Counted from the stretch's first letter, positions 19,712 to 30,122 are shown. The stretch: 64,000 nucleotides of DNA from an uncultured Candidatus Poseidoniales archaeon (GCA_964526385.1 CAZGJD010000004.1:10010-74009), one strand, 5' to 3'. The notes: generated by a model not told the origin, from the sequence alone. Translations and numbers: made by a program.

Positions 19712-20719
19712 TCATATGTCGGATAGGTGTGATGAATTTTTCAAAAGCGATTCCCCCTTTTCCCTGATTACCCATTTCGTAGCACGGCCCTTACCCACAG
19801 ATTCGACAATTTCTCTTTCCTTCAGATGTTTCATGTGATAGGACAGAAGTTGTCTACTCGTCTGTAATTTAGTTCTCAAATCTCCCGATTTAATTCCTAT
19901 ATTTCCGGACTCGGATAAGATTTCTAAAATTGCAATCTGCATTCCAGTTGCTGGGCTCTGAAGTTCTTTCAACCTTGTTTGATCTATTCCTGAAGTTGCA
20001 AATCTTCTGACTTTAGAATCTAACCATGTGATTATCCTTCCTTCCCTTTCAAGAATTTGAATATGATGGGCTGTCACTCCATTACCTAATCCTAGAGCAT
20101 TTTTTAATGCTGAGAAATGTATTCCAGGATGGGCTTCTATAAATCCCAATATTCTCCCTCTAGTAAAAACCCCTCTCTCACCTCGGTTGGTTACTGCTAG
20201 TAAAGGACCCAATAGTGCTAGCAATATTGAGTAACGTGCTGATTCACTAATGATTATGGCAGTTGCAGTAGATGTAAGTAGAGCTACAGACATTATTGCC
20301 ATCATGGTTAAGATTACAATCTGTGTTGCTGGAAAAATAATTTCGTCGATATCTGATTCCAGAACTGGTTCATTTGCCGGGGAACTGTCAGATACATCGG
20401 CTGACTCTTTATTGAATTCTGCGTCATTAGACTCGGCCTCGTCACCAGCAAGAGCACTTGCTTCAGGTTCCGAAGTTCCATTTTCATCCGATTGGGAACT
20501 TGTAGTTTGGGCAGAATCATTTACTCCATTCTTTTCAATATAATCATACCATGAATCCTTAATCTCATCACTTTGGGAAATTGAAGGTATGGTTAGCAAC
20601 AAAAGTAGGACTGCTAACAGTCTCCAACCTGTTACCTCATTGCCCAACATATACCGCCATCTCTGTTCTACATTAGACACTCGTGGTAAATAGGTTTGAC
20701 CATTGTCTGATACATGCAT
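19712..20719 (-). CDS. membrane-associated transcriptional regulator with two winged-helix (ArsR/MarR-like) domains
   Basis: N-terminal TM, acidic Ser/Glu/Asp-rich linker and a second TM. Two wHTH-like units follow (HFSALKNALGLGNGVTAHHIQILEREGRI and SGDLRTKLQTSRQLLSYHMKHLKEREIV). Confidence 0.6.
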   Translation of the reverse strand: MHVSDNGQTYLPRVSNVEQRWRYMLGNEVTGWRLLAVLLLLLTIPSISQSDEIKDSWYDYIEKNGVNDSAQTTSSQSDENGTSEPEASALAGDEAESNDAEFNKESADVSDSSPANEPVLESDIDEIIFPATQIVILTMMAIMSVALLTSTATAIIISESARYSILLALLGPLLAVTNRGERGVFTRGRILGFIEAHPGIHFSALKNALGLGNGVTAHHIQILEREGRIITWLDSKVRRFATSGIDQTRLKELQSPATGMQIAILEILSESGNIGIKSGDLRTKLQTSRQLLSYHMKHLKEREIVESVGKGRATKWVIREKGESLLKNSSHLSDI

Positions 20720-20759
20720 TCAATAACTATTACAATCCGAAAGTAATCGGAGAGATTGG

Positions 20760-21185
20760 ATGTTACCGTTTGAAGAACCTGACATGACTGAGGATGAAGA
20801 AGAAATTGACCCTTTCAAGGAATTAGAAATTGGTAACAGTAATACACAGCAAAGTTCAGTAGACCCATTAGCTGCATTCGAAGATAATAATCCGCTAGCT
20901 GCATTTGAGGAAGATGACCCTTTGTCAGCATTTGATGAACCAAATGATTCGCAAGATGAAGACGTTGTTATCTCTTTTCACGATGAAGAAATACCTGAAA
21001 TCAAAAACGATACCTCGCCAAAAGGAGATAAAGCCGAATCGACCTACAAACTACTCCTAGAAACAGTTTGGGTAGACGATATACTAGATCCATCTGAAGT
21101 AGAACTACTTGCAAGAAAGAGAAAGGAATTAGGATTATCATTCATGCGACATCTGCAATTGGTTCGAGAAATTATTGAGGGATAG
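20760..21185 (+). CDS. acidic protein with three DPL(A/S)AF(E/D) repeats and a TerB-like C-terminal helix pair
   Basis: DPLAAFEDNNPLAAFEEDDPLSAFDE; the C-terminus is LLLETVWVDDILDPSEVELLARKRKELGLS. Confidence 0.5.
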   Translation: MLPFEEPDMTEDEEEIDPFKELEIGNSNTQQSSVDPLAAFEDNNPLAAFEEDDPLSAFDEPNDSQDEDVVISFHDEEIPEIKNDTSPKGDKAESTYKLLLETVWVDDILDPSEVELLARKRKELGLSFMRHLQLVREIIEG

Positions 21186-21187
21186 AT

Positions 21188-22243
21188 TTGGCTCCCACAC
21201 CCTTCGAGCATGGACTTGCACTTGCATGGTCAGATGGTGCTTTATCGAGAGAAGGAGCAAAAATGTTGGAAGAATTACAAGAGAAACTCAAAATGAGCGA
21301 CGATGAAAGAAGTATTCAAGAAGAGGCGTGGCTTAATGAAATATCAAAAAATGACCGCAGGTCGTTCGGTGATGGAGACCAAATACTCAGGGAATGGCTT
21401 GATACTTTGAGTGATTATGAATCCATGGCTTCTGCAATAAAGTCCATGGGAAGGTCTGCGCTTGATGTTGGATTGTCTAAGCAAGGCTGGGTTGAGGCAT
21501 ACTCATTTGCAGAGGGGCTTGGGCTTGGAAATGATTTAGCCACAGGAGTCTGGTTGGAGGAAGAAGTTGAACCTATCAAAGAATGGCCTCCTGCATTAGA
21601 CCCTCTAGCAATAATTCTTGGTTTAGCCGTTTCAATGACTGATTTCTTTCCAAAGAAGGAAGTAGAGTACATAGACGGGAACCCATCAATCATTGTATCA
21701 TTAGAAAATACAAAACCTTCTCAGATTAATTGGATGAACGAATTATCCCCATTGAATGGACACTCTTGCGCCTGGGGAATGAGTGATAGTGGTCAGATTT
21801 CAGGTTTTGAGGTTCCTCAAGGTGATTTGGTCTACCACAACACAATACTTTCTTCGTGGATAAGAAAGGTTATTTCGATGCGTAATAATCGTGGAGAAAA
21901 TTCACTCAGTGGATTACCAAACAACTTTACCGTGATGCCGTCTTCTGCAAATTTATCAATTTCTGACAATAAAATAACTCTGTCCGTGATTGTAGACTTA
22001 GGAGAAAGTGGTTTGGTAAAACCGTTTGCAAGCGTTACTATTTCCGATTCAGTAAACCCGGATAAAGCTCCAGAAAATTTACCGGCAAGTTGGATTGCAA
22101 TTCATGACGGACTAGGTCAGTTACTAATGCACGCGATTGATACTCTTCCAAAACAGATACTCCTCGCCTCAGGTTTAAGCGATTTAGCAATAGAAAAAAT
22201 CACCCTTTCCGATGGCTGGATTGTTGTTCAAACCGAATCGTGA
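21188..22243 (+). CDS. hypothetical protein with TerB-like N-terminal domain
   Basis: N-terminal LALAWSDGALSREGAKMLEELQEKLKMSDDE resembles the TerB/DjlA-N pattern (A-x-A-D-G-x-hydrophobic-x2-E). The remaining roughly 270 aa are unrecognised. The start is a TTG 2 nt after the upstream stop. Confidence 0.5.
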   Translation: MAPTPFEHGLALAWSDGALSREGAKMLEELQEKLKMSDDERSIQEEAWLNEISKNDRRSFGDGDQILREWLDTLSDYESMASAIKSMGRSALDVGLSKQGWVEAYSFAEGLGLGNDLATGVWLEEEVEPIKEWPPALDPLAIILGLAVSMTDFFPKKEVEYIDGNPSIIVSLENTKPSQINWMNELSPLNGHSCAWGMSDSGQISGFEVPQGDLVYHNTILSSWIRKVISMRNNRGENSLSGLPNNFTVMPSSANLSISDNKITLSVIVDLGESGLVKPFASVTISDSVNPDKAPENLPASWIAIHDGLGQLLMHAIDTLPKQILLASGLSDLAIEKITLSDGWIVVQTES

Positions 22244-22722
22244 ATCACAGTTTCGTGTGTGATTTTGCAATCCTTGCGAATGCTTTGTGAAACACTACAG
22301 TATTTTTGATGAGATTTCTCGACAACTCTCTCTACTAGTTTCTTTGGAACATCTCCTACTACGTGATATACCATGTGAATAGTAGTAAAATATCTTGGTG
22401 GCTCGTTGTTTCTAGTAGATGACAATTCAACCCAAACCTTTGAAAAATTTCTGTCTTTCAAACCAATGACTACGTCAACGATAGAACAGGCACCTATCGA
22501 TTGCAAAGCTATCTGCATAGGGCTAGGACCATTTTCCCAATCTATTTCGATAATTTGTTCGTTTGAATTCACTCCAATGAGATTTGTACCACCGGTCCAC
22601 TCAACTCGCCCTTCCATGTACATGCCAAAGTGGAGTGTGAAATGAAACCACCGTCGACCGCTTTGTTGATGAAGGGGGTATAAGTCCCGCAACATGAGCA
22701 ACATGTCAGGAACACCTATCAC
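22228..22722 (-). CDS. OsmC/Ohr-family peroxiredoxin-like protein
   Basis: It has the two conserved Cys contexts (SIGACSIVD and KYCSVSQS) and the usual size. The true start is probably an internal Met (e.g. 22704, 22695 or 22623), since 22722 would overlap icd divergently. Confidence 0.65.
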   Translation of the reverse strand: MIGVPDMLLMLRDLYPLHQQSGRRWFHFTLHFGMYMEGRVEWTGGTNLIGVNSNEQIIEIDWENGPSPMQIALQSIGACSIVDVVIGLKDRNFSKVWVELSSTRNNEPPRYFTTIHMVYHVVGDVPKKLVERVVEKSHQKYCSVSQSIRKDCKITHETVIHDSV

Positions 22723-23929
22723 AATGGAAAATGGAGTGCTAAAAGTACCTAATGACCCAGTAGTTTACTACATCGAGGGTGATGGAATTGGTGTTGATAT
22801 TACCCCTGTTATGATTGATGTTGTAGATGCTGCAGTTAGCAAAGCATACAACGGTGAAAAGAAAATACACTGGACTGAAACCTTAGCAGGAGAAAAGGCA
22901 TTCCACCAAACTGGTGAATGGCTACCAAAAGAAACTCTTGACCTCATGCGAAGCGGTCTAGTTTCAATCAAAGGGCCGTTAACAACCCCTGTAGGAGGTG
23001 GGATTAGGTCACTTAATGTTGCTTTAAGGCAGGAATTGGATTTGTATGCCTGTGTAAGACCAGTAAGATGGTATGAAGGGACTCCATCACCAGTAAAATC
23101 TCCTCAAGATGTTGACATGATAATTTTCCGAGAAAACAGTGAAGATGTCTACGCAGGAATTGAATGGGAGGCTGGTTCTGATGGAGTTAAGAAAGTGATT
23201 GACTTCTTAGTTAATGAAATGGGTGTCTCTAAGATTAGATTCCCCGAAACCTCCGGGATCGGCATCAAACCAATTAGTAAAGAAGGTACCGCGAGGATTG
23301 TCCGAGCTGCAATTCAGTATGCGGTTGATAATGACAAAGATAGCGTAACATTAGTTCACAAAGGAAATATCATGAAATTTACAGAAGGTGGATTCAGAGA
23401 CTGGGGCTATCAAATTGCAAAGGAAGAATTTGGTGCTAAGGAATTAGATGGTGGCCCATGGTGTGTTTTGACAAATCCTCAAACTGGAAATACGATAACA
23501 ATCAAAGACGTCATCGCTGATGCTATGCTACAGCAAATAATTACCAGGCCTGCAGAGTACGGAGTTTTAGCCACCATGAACCTGAATGGCGACTATATTT
23601 CCGATGCACTCGCAGCACAAGTTGGTGGAATTGGTATTGCTCCTGGTGCTAATATTAACTATGATACTGGTATATCGATTTTTGAGGCGACACACGGAAC
23701 AGCACCAAAGTATGCTGGTCAAGACAAGGTGAATCCTGGTTCTCAAATTCTATCCGCTGAAATGATGCTAAGGCACATGGGATGGGCCGAGGCTGCAGAC
23801 CTGATAGTCAAGGGAATGGAATCTGCAATTTCCGCAAAAACTGTGACATATGATTTTGAAAGACTAATGGATGATGCTACTCTATTATCCTGCTCAGAAT
23901 TTGGGAATGCAATGATTTCACACATGTAA
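22694..23929 (+). CDS. icd: NADP-dependent isocitrate dehydrogenase
   Basis: [57 protein letters not shown]; full-length similarity pattern to bacterial Icd. Confidence 0.95.
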   Translation: MSNMSGTPITMENGVLKVPNDPVVYYIEGDGIGVDITPVMIDVVDAAVSKAYNGEKKIHWTETLAGEKAFHQTGEWLPKETLDLMRSGLVSIKGPLTTPVGGGIRSLNVALRQELDLYACVRPVRWYEGTPSPVKSPQDVDMIIFRENSEDVYAGIEWEAGSDGVKKVIDFLVNEMGVSKIRFPETSGIGIKPISKEGTARIVRAAIQYAVDNDKDSVTLVHKGNIMKFTEGGFRDWGYQIAKEEFGAKELDGGPWCVLTNPQTGNTITIKDVIADAMLQQIITRPAEYGVLATMNLNGDYISDALAAQVGGIGIAPGANINYDTGISIFEATHGTAPKYAGQDKVNPGSQILSAEMMLRHMGWAEAADLIVKGMESAISAKTVTYDFERLMDDATLLSCSEFGNAMISHM

Positions 23930-23939
23930 TAAAGCTAAA

Positions 23940-26900
23940 TCAATTATTGATATCACGGCTGTTAGCAATTACACCAAATCCAAACCTTTCCTCAACTGCA
24001 CGTGCAACCAGTGTAAAGTCTGAATCTCTTGTTGCGACCAAAATACTGCCAATCTCATCGAGAGGTTGATCCGCCATTGCAGCCGCTATACACATAATCG
24101 ATTGGTCTGGAGTTTCTGGATAAATATCCCTGTTTGCAATAACTGACCTCGCAGGCTCTCCATGCTGTCTCTTCATTGCTGTAATCTCGTCATAAACTTC
24201 AGAATGATCAAGTAAGAATTGCTTCAACTCTTCTCTGATTTCTTCATCATTAGCTTCATCTTCGATGTGAAGATTTAATGGTTTCCAAGTTGAGAAGTCT
24301 TTTACAACTTGGTTTGCCATAGATTCCAACTCATCCTTAGTGATAATCTCATCAAGTTTATTTTTGTCTACCAGCGTCTCAGAAAATCTTGATTTCATAT
24401 TTTGTACATCTTGAGCAAGTCCTACAAGTTCTTTGCTCACAACCTTCGGAATCCAGAGATGTACCCTCTTTTCATCAGCTCTATGTTTGAGAATTCGATG
24501 GAAGCGCCCTCTTCCGCCTACGTCAAGTGAAACCTCAGAGGAGATACCCAATAAATTTGAGACTCGATACTGTAATTCATCCATCAAGATATTTGTATCA
24601 ATAATTATCAATGGTGATAATTTCAAATGTTTCAGATATGTTCTTTGTTTGACAGGAAGATTATTTCTATGAGTAGCAAATAATCCTTGTTCGGCTTGTG
24701 CAAGTCTCTTCCTGTCCATAAGAGACAGTTTTGGAGAACTTTGGGCTCTCTCAAGTAACATCAACCCATCGAGCGGTCTTTCAGCCGATGCTTCGCTTGC
24801 AATGTTGTAAATTTCTTCAGTTGAAGGTTCATGAATCATTACATTAGCATATCTGTTTTCATACGAATATCTATTTACTCTTCTTCTATCTCTCTGAATT
24901 GAATTCAGTGCCGCTTTAACTCTGCCTGTGAATGGTTCTGCAGGCAGAGATCTGGACTGAGCATAATTCCTTAGTATATCCAATTCTTCTTCAGAAAATT
25001 TAGATTTTTCAACCTGATTAATCTTTCCAAATTGGTCTTCTTCTTCAACCAACACGGTTTTCCTAACAAATGATTTCAACATTTTAGTAGCATCGTCTGT
25101 GCTTTTTCCAGTTGTAGCAATCTTTGAAACTTTAAGATAGAGCTGGAATCTCTTAGTTAGAGCAGTCTTCAGAGCAGGTTCTTTTTCTAACAAATCGACT
25201 GCTTCATTCCACTGTTCCGAATGTGCATAATGAATCAAAGCTTTTCTGTAAAGCAATATCTTGTGCTCATAATCGAAGTCTTTGTGGTCACCTGCACGTT
25301 TGTAATCTCTTGCTGCATTCAATTCTTCTTTGTTTGATAGGTGTCTTGCAGCCCGTGCCAAAGTATGCCACGGAGATTGTGGGTCATTTTCTTGATACCA
25401 TTTTACTAAGTTTGGAACTCCAATATCATATTCCAGGACCAAATGTTTGACGGCTTGCATCATTGGTAATGCCGTCTCAGAGGAGGATAGTAAACCATCC
25501 AACAGTTTTACGACATTATCCTTTTTGTAACCAGTTTGTAATAACCACGATGCTCTATTTAGTCGGAGAGTATCAATAACGGCTCCAAATAATCGTGACT
25601 CTAAATTAGATAGTTTGCCTTCGTCAAGACTTGATGCGAGTATGTCTATGACTTTCGAGTCGGCTAATCCATCCCCTCCATCTTTCAGTGCTTGACGACA
25701 ATTGTTGAACGCTTTGATCCCGTTTTTATCCAGAGTTGAGATTAACCAATTATCGTCGGATTGTGCAGCACCATCCAATAGTAGTATCAGTCCTCTACTA
25801 GCGTCTGAAATTGAATCGGGTGCTTCAGCATCTTCGACGGTGGAAAGAGCGTCCCTTCTTGCTTTTCTAACCTCTTGGAAATCTCCACCTTTGAAATTCG
25901 CAGGAAGTAAATGAGCAACCAATAATGTCGAGTATGGGTGGTCAGCACATCTTTCTTCATTTCCAAGTAGGATTTCAGAAAGTCTCTGCAAATCTAAATT
26001 TTCAGTAAACACATCTATTAGTTGATCTGCTGAAACTTGACCACCTGACTCATGAATTCTCTTTGCAACTACATACTTGAGGCCGTGGGAAAAATCATCA
26101 TCTTCAATTATTTCTAATAGAGAATCTAGGGATAGTGAATCTAATTGCCCCTCCAACCATTTACCTGCTCCATCACCTAGTTGTTTAACCATGGAGATAA
26201 GTGCAGATATGTCAGCATCCGACTCTATTGATAGCGTGTCGAGTAAGGAAAGTGCCATTTCGGATTCTCCTTCTTTGACCAGTGCAGATAATTTCCACCA
26301 AGTCAATTTCTCTTTATTTTTGGAATCTGTGATGTAGGTAAGACCTGCATCCAATTCCTTACTGGACAATTTCTCCGCATCAGCCGGCAATAGGTTCCAT
26401 GCAGCCGTTTTTCTTGCTAGCGTTAATTCATCGTCGCCTGAGAGTTTCCTAGATTTATTCCAACTTTTTGACTCCCCGCTACGTAATTTGAGCAAGTCGT
26501 TCAATGCTTCAGATAATTTTGAATTTGATTTTTTTAGTTCCTTCAGGTTTTCAGAAGCATCATTCCCCATATGCATATTCAACAATGCACTAATTACGCT
26601 TAATTCGCCATCAAGGGATTCAAGGTCTTCAAAATCTCTAAGTCCTTTCTTACTGCTAAGTTGGTTCTTAGCTCTCTGCACTGCTATTTTCAAAGGTGCG
26701 TTGTTAATTCCTTTTTCAAATGTTTCCAGCGTCTTTGCAAGACTTGCAGAATTCATTGGGTCGATGAAGGCCACTTTAGAATCCACTTCATCAGAAATTG
26801 CTTCCTCATTTGCTAATTTTGGAAATGACATAAACTGAGCCAAAATTGGAGTACATTCCGCCATCTTATGCCAGACCTCATGAACACCTGAACTCGCACA

Positions 26901-27311
26901 ACTTTCTCTTAGTTGCTCTATCAATTGGTCGTTACCTTCGTCCCAATCATCTGAAAATAGTGATTTCCTTATTTGCAGAACTGCTAATCTGAAAGCTTCA
27001 GTTTCGGCGCCTGCGATAATTACTTCCTCCGTTTCAGGAAGCCACTGCAGGGGGCCAGTATTTTGAGAAACACCTCTTCTACTTCTTGAAGTGCTCCTTG
27101 CTCTCATCATCTGTGGTTGATTGGTATTATCATCTTCGTTTGGAATGTGTAACTCATAAAGACCAGACAACAGAAGGGATTTCCACGGTTTTTCAAGCAT
27201 TTTCCATTCAGGTAATTTTAGTACCTTCCTTTGCCGTGCTTGAGGAGACAGATTATCTATCATAGCGGACTTGAGGCAAACGAGTAGATTCGATTCCTGT
27301 ATCACGCTCAC
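23940..27311 (-). CDS. 1123-aa helical-repeat (TPR/HEAT-like) protein with C-terminal PIN-domain nuclease
   Basis: The C-terminal roughly 230 aa carry the PIN acidic quartet in order: LIIIDTNIL, IPKVVSKELVGL, ETPDQSIM, LVATRDSDF. The N-terminal roughly 850 aa are helical with TPR-like stretches (KILLYRKALIHYAHSEQWNEAVDLLEK). Confidence 0.75.
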   Translation of the reverse strand: MSVIQESNLLVCLKSAMIDNLSPQARQRKVLKLPEWKMLEKPWKSLLLSGLYELHIPNEDDNTNQPQMMRARSTSRSRRGVSQNTGPLQWLPETEEVIIAGAETEAFRLAVLQIRKSLFSDDWDEGNDQLIEQLRESCASSGVHEVWHKMAECTPILAQFMSFPKLANEEAISDEVDSKVAFIDPMNSASLAKTLETFEKGINNAPLKIAVQRAKNQLSSKKGLRDFEDLESLDGELSVISALLNMHMGNDASENLKELKKSNSKLSEALNDLLKLRSGESKSWNKSRKLSGDDELTLARKTAAWNLLPADAEKLSSKELDAGLTYITDSKNKEKLTWWKLSALVKEGESEMALSLLDTLSIESDADISALISMVKQLGDGAGKWLEGQLDSLSLDSLLEIIEDDDFSHGLKYVVAKRIHESGGQVSADQLIDVFTENLDLQRLSEILLGNEERCADHPYSTLLVAHLLPANFKGGDFQEVRKARRDALSTVEDAEAPDSISDASRGLILLLDGAAQSDDNWLISTLDKNGIKAFNNCRQALKDGGDGLADSKVIDILASSLDEGKLSNLESRLFGAVIDTLRLNRASWLLQTGYKKDNVVKLLDGLLSSSETALPMMQAVKHLVLEYDIGVPNLVKWYQENDPQSPWHTLARAARHLSNKEELNAARDYKRAGDHKDFDYEHKILLYRKALIHYAHSEQWNEAVDLLEKEPALKTALTKRFQLYLKVSKIATTGKSTDDATKMLKSFVRKTVLVEEEDQFGKINQVEKSKFSEEELDILRNYAQSRSLPAEPFTGRVKAALNSIQRDRRRVNRYSYENRYANVMIHEPSTEEIYNIASEASAERPLDGLMLLERAQSSPKLSLMDRKRLAQAEQGLFATHRNNLPVKQRTYLKHLKLSPLIIIDTNILMDELQYRVSNLLGISSEVSLDVGGRGRFHRILKHRADEKRVHLWIPKVVSKELVGLAQDVQNMKSRFSETLVDKNKLDEIITKDELESMANQVVKDFSTWKPLNLHIEDEANDEEIREELKQFLLDHSEVYDEITAMKRQHGEPARSVIANRDIYPETPDQSIMCIAAAMADQPLDEIGSILVATRDSDFTLVARAVEERFGFGVIANSRDINN

Positions 27312-27407
27312 CCCTCCCTAGCCATTGCGAAAAGTTGACCTCTTTAGAGCCACCGCTGGTTAATACACTGCAAACAACCATGAGTAGTAACTCAACAGGC
27401 GTTATTC

Positions 27408-27830
27408 ATGGGGGTAGCAAACACCATCATTTTGCTACTACATCCGATAACTGCAAGTTTGATTATCGCCTACATCTGGTGGCAGTATGGTTGGAAGGAA
27501 AAGTCAAGGACTTTGAAAGGAAAAGAAAGGATGGAAAATCTCGAGAGACATGAAAAAACTGGCGAGAGAATCCTAATATTAGCTTCAATATCAGTTCTAA
27601 TCGCTTTTTTAGCGAGATATTATACAGGACTTGGATTAATTCCTCAGAGTCTCCACGGATTTACTGGACCCATTGGGATAATATTGCTGTGGGTAATGAC
27701 AAGATGGGGCAAGAAATCTCGCAAGGATAAAATTGCAAAAACAAAACATGGTAGGGCTGCAGACCTTCTAGTTATCTTGATGTTTTTACATTCATTCCTT
27801 GGCTTCCTCTACATTTTCGAAGTTGTTTGA
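27408..27830 (+). CDS. small 4-TM membrane protein
   Basis: 140 aa with four hydrophobic segments and conserved-looking His residues. The 3' end overlaps the convergent MMPL gene by 39 nt. Confidence 0.5.
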   Translation: MGVANTIILLLHPITASLIIAYIWWQYGWKEKSRTLKGKERMENLERHEKTGERILILASISVLIAFLARYYTGLGLIPQSLHGFTGPIGIILLWVMTRWGKKSRKDKIAKTKHGRAADLLVILMFLHSFLGFLYIFEVV

Positions 27831-30122
27831 TTTTGGTGACAACCACTTTGGTGACCACCAATTCCATTTACCCATCAACCTCATTGTTGAGGGAACAACC
27901 AATGCCCTGACAATTGTTGCATCCAGAAGGATGGCAAGAGCAAGTCCTAGACCGATCTGTTTGAGAATAACTACCGAAGATAAGCCAAATGCCAAGAATA
28001 CCACGACCATAATAGCCGCAGCACCAGTAATCAATCGTCCAGTTTTCTGAAGCCCATTGGCTACAGCTTGTGTGTTATCACCTGTTACTTCCCACTCTTC
28101 ATGAATTCTAGACAACATTAGAACTTCATAGTCCATGGATAAACCAAAAACGATACAGAACATTATGACTGGATTTGTAGCTTCGATTGGCTGTGGTGTG
28201 AAATTAAGAAGTTCGGCGCCGTTACCCCATTGGAAAACAAAGACTAACATTCCAAAGGAAGCAGAAATGGATAGAATGTTCATCACAATCGCCTTTATTG
28301 GAATAATTACACTCCTTACTTGAATGTAAATCAGAATAATGGTTGAAGTGAAAATAAACGCAATAGCGATTGGAAGGTTTTCAACAATTGCATCGAGGAC
28401 GTCGACACTGTATGCTGCGAAACCTGCTACCAGCAGTTTCCCGTCACTACCGACTAGAAGATCATCCATCAAAGACGACCGTTCATCCCGTACATCATTA
28501 ACGAAATTTCTGCTGTCCTCGCCAGTGATTGGACCGTTCAACGAAAACACAACATAAGTTACGTTATCGGATAAGAATTGGCTTCTGATGTATTCCCTAG
28601 TTGCTACATCTTGCGCAGACAAACTTGAGTTTGGAGCTTGCCAGTACTCTACTGCCATCGATTCATTTACGCCTGGATAAGGTATTGCGTAACCAAAGGT
28701 TTCTATCACCCTTTCATCACCTAACTGAGCAGTCATCCATTTGTGCATTCCTCGTATATTTTGCTCAGACAGTGGGTCCTCTCCATCAAAATCTACAACT
28801 ATTGTAGCGGAGTTTACTGCGCCTTCTGGCCACTTCTCATCCATGTGCTCAAAACCAACTCTAGTTTCATCATCAGGTGGCAATGCATCTCTTGAAGCAA
28901 TAGAAAAATCTGCTTGTAGGAAAGGTAGGCCAGCGCCTAATAATATGATGAGAGTTGGGATTAAGACAGCCCAAGGTCTATCCATAACTGTGGTCGCAAT
29001 CTTCGACCAAACTCCATCTCCGTCATCATTATCAGTGCTGAATGCGAATGGAATTTTCAACTTAAACAATCTATCACCAAGCATTGCTAAAACGGCTGGC
29101 AACACCACTATGGAGAATATCATAGCAACCGATACAGCAAGAGTTCCTCCAATTCCTAAACTCGGTAAGCCCGTATTTTCAAAGAAGAGCATCCCCATCA
29201 AACCAATTGCAACAGTCACACCACTGAAGAATACTGCCTTACCTGCAGTACCGACGGTCATTGCCGTAGATGTTCGAAGATCTCTCCCGCGATTGAGTTC
29301 TTCTCTGAAACGATTGACCATGAAAAGCGAATAATCAACAGATACACCAATGCCAATCAGTGTGATGATATTCAATGCATATTGAGTTACATCTGTTGTA
29401 TTTGAAAGCCAAATTGTAATTCCCATTGCCGATAACACTGTCAAAATTGCAACACCCAAAGGTAACAATGCTGCGATTAGTGTTCCAAATACAATACCCA
29501 ATATTATCAAAGTTAAGGGGCCTGATACAAGTTCTGCTTTGATAAGGTCGTCCTGAATTCTTGTATCGAATGTAACATCAATTGCGATATTCCCTGTTCT
29601 CCACGAATCAAAATCTGAATCGATCTCAATGGATTCGTAATTATCTGCATAGAGTGCTTTCGCATCCTTTCTATCCAGATTAATGATTACTCGATTCTTT
29701 GCCCAAAAACCATCATCTTCTTGCTTGACAAACTCTTCACGTTCATCACCAGTTTGGTTCCAAGAATATTCAACTTCAACATCATCTAATTTAGCGAATG
29801 GAGCGAGTGCAGCAATAACCTCGTCCCTCCATTCTTGTGATGAATCATTCAAAGAATCATGGTGAACGAGAAATGTGAATCCTTGAACGTCTTCTTCCTC
29901 GCCAAAGAATGCATCTTCCAGTAAATCTCCCGCTTCAATTGACTCAAGGTCGCCTTCACCCCAGGATTCAGCCCAATTTGGACCCATCAAAACCAGAGAA
30001 GACATTAGAATGCAAGACAGCATTCCTATTACTAGCACTGATTTGCGGTAATCGTAGGTAAATTCTCCTAATTTGAAGAAAATGCGATCTTTGAGCATGG
30101 CTGGGTCTGTCACACTTTCCAT
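27792..30122 (-). CDS. MMPL/RND-superfamily transporter
   Basis: Two 6-TM bundles, each preceded by a large soluble loop; SVDYSLFMVNRFREE and GLSMDYEVLMLSRIHEE are typical MMPL motifs. I prefer ATG 30122 (MESVTDPAMLKD...) over the ORF limit at 30224, which would overlap the upstream gene. Confidence 0.85.
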   Translation of the reverse strand: MESVTDPAMLKDRIFFKLGEFTYDYRKSVLVIGMLSCILMSSLVLMGPNWAESWGEGDLESIEAGDLLEDAFFGEEEDVQGFTFLVHHDSLNDSSQEWRDEVIAALAPFAKLDDVEVEYSWNQTGDEREEFVKQEDDGFWAKNRVIINLDRKDAKALYADNYESIEIDSDFDSWRTGNIAIDVTFDTRIQDDLIKAELVSGPLTLIILGIVFGTLIAALLPLGVAILTVLSAMGITIWLSNTTDVTQYALNIITLIGIGVSVDYSLFMVNRFREELNRGRDLRTSTAMTVGTAGKAVFFSGVTVAIGLMGMLFFENTGLPSLGIGGTLAVSVAMIFSIVVLPAVLAMLGDRLFKLKIPFAFSTDNDDGDGVWSKIATTVMDRPWAVLIPTLIILLGAGLPFLQADFSIASRDALPPDDETRVGFEHMDEKWPEGAVNSATIVVDFDGEDPLSEQNIRGMHKWMTAQLGDERVIETFGYAIPYPGVNESMAVEYWQAPNSSLSAQDVATREYIRSQFLSDNVTYVVFSLNGPITGEDSRNFVNDVRDERSSLMDDLLVGSDGKLLVAGFAAYSVDVLDAIVENLPIAIAFIFTSTIILIYIQVRSVIIPIKAIVMNILSISASFGMLVFVFQWGNGAELLNFTPQPIEATNPVIMFCIVFGLSMDYEVLMLSRIHEEWEVTGDNTQAVANGLQKTGRLITGAAAIMVVVFLAFGLSSVVILKQIGLGLALAILLDATIVRALVVPSTMRLMGKWNWWSPKWLSPKSNNFENVEEAKE

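Noticed and set aside
28741-29334. 197-aa plus-strand ORF inside the MMPL gene.
   Set aside because: It is an antisense shadow of a strongly supported transporter gene, and its composition is atypical of real proteins.
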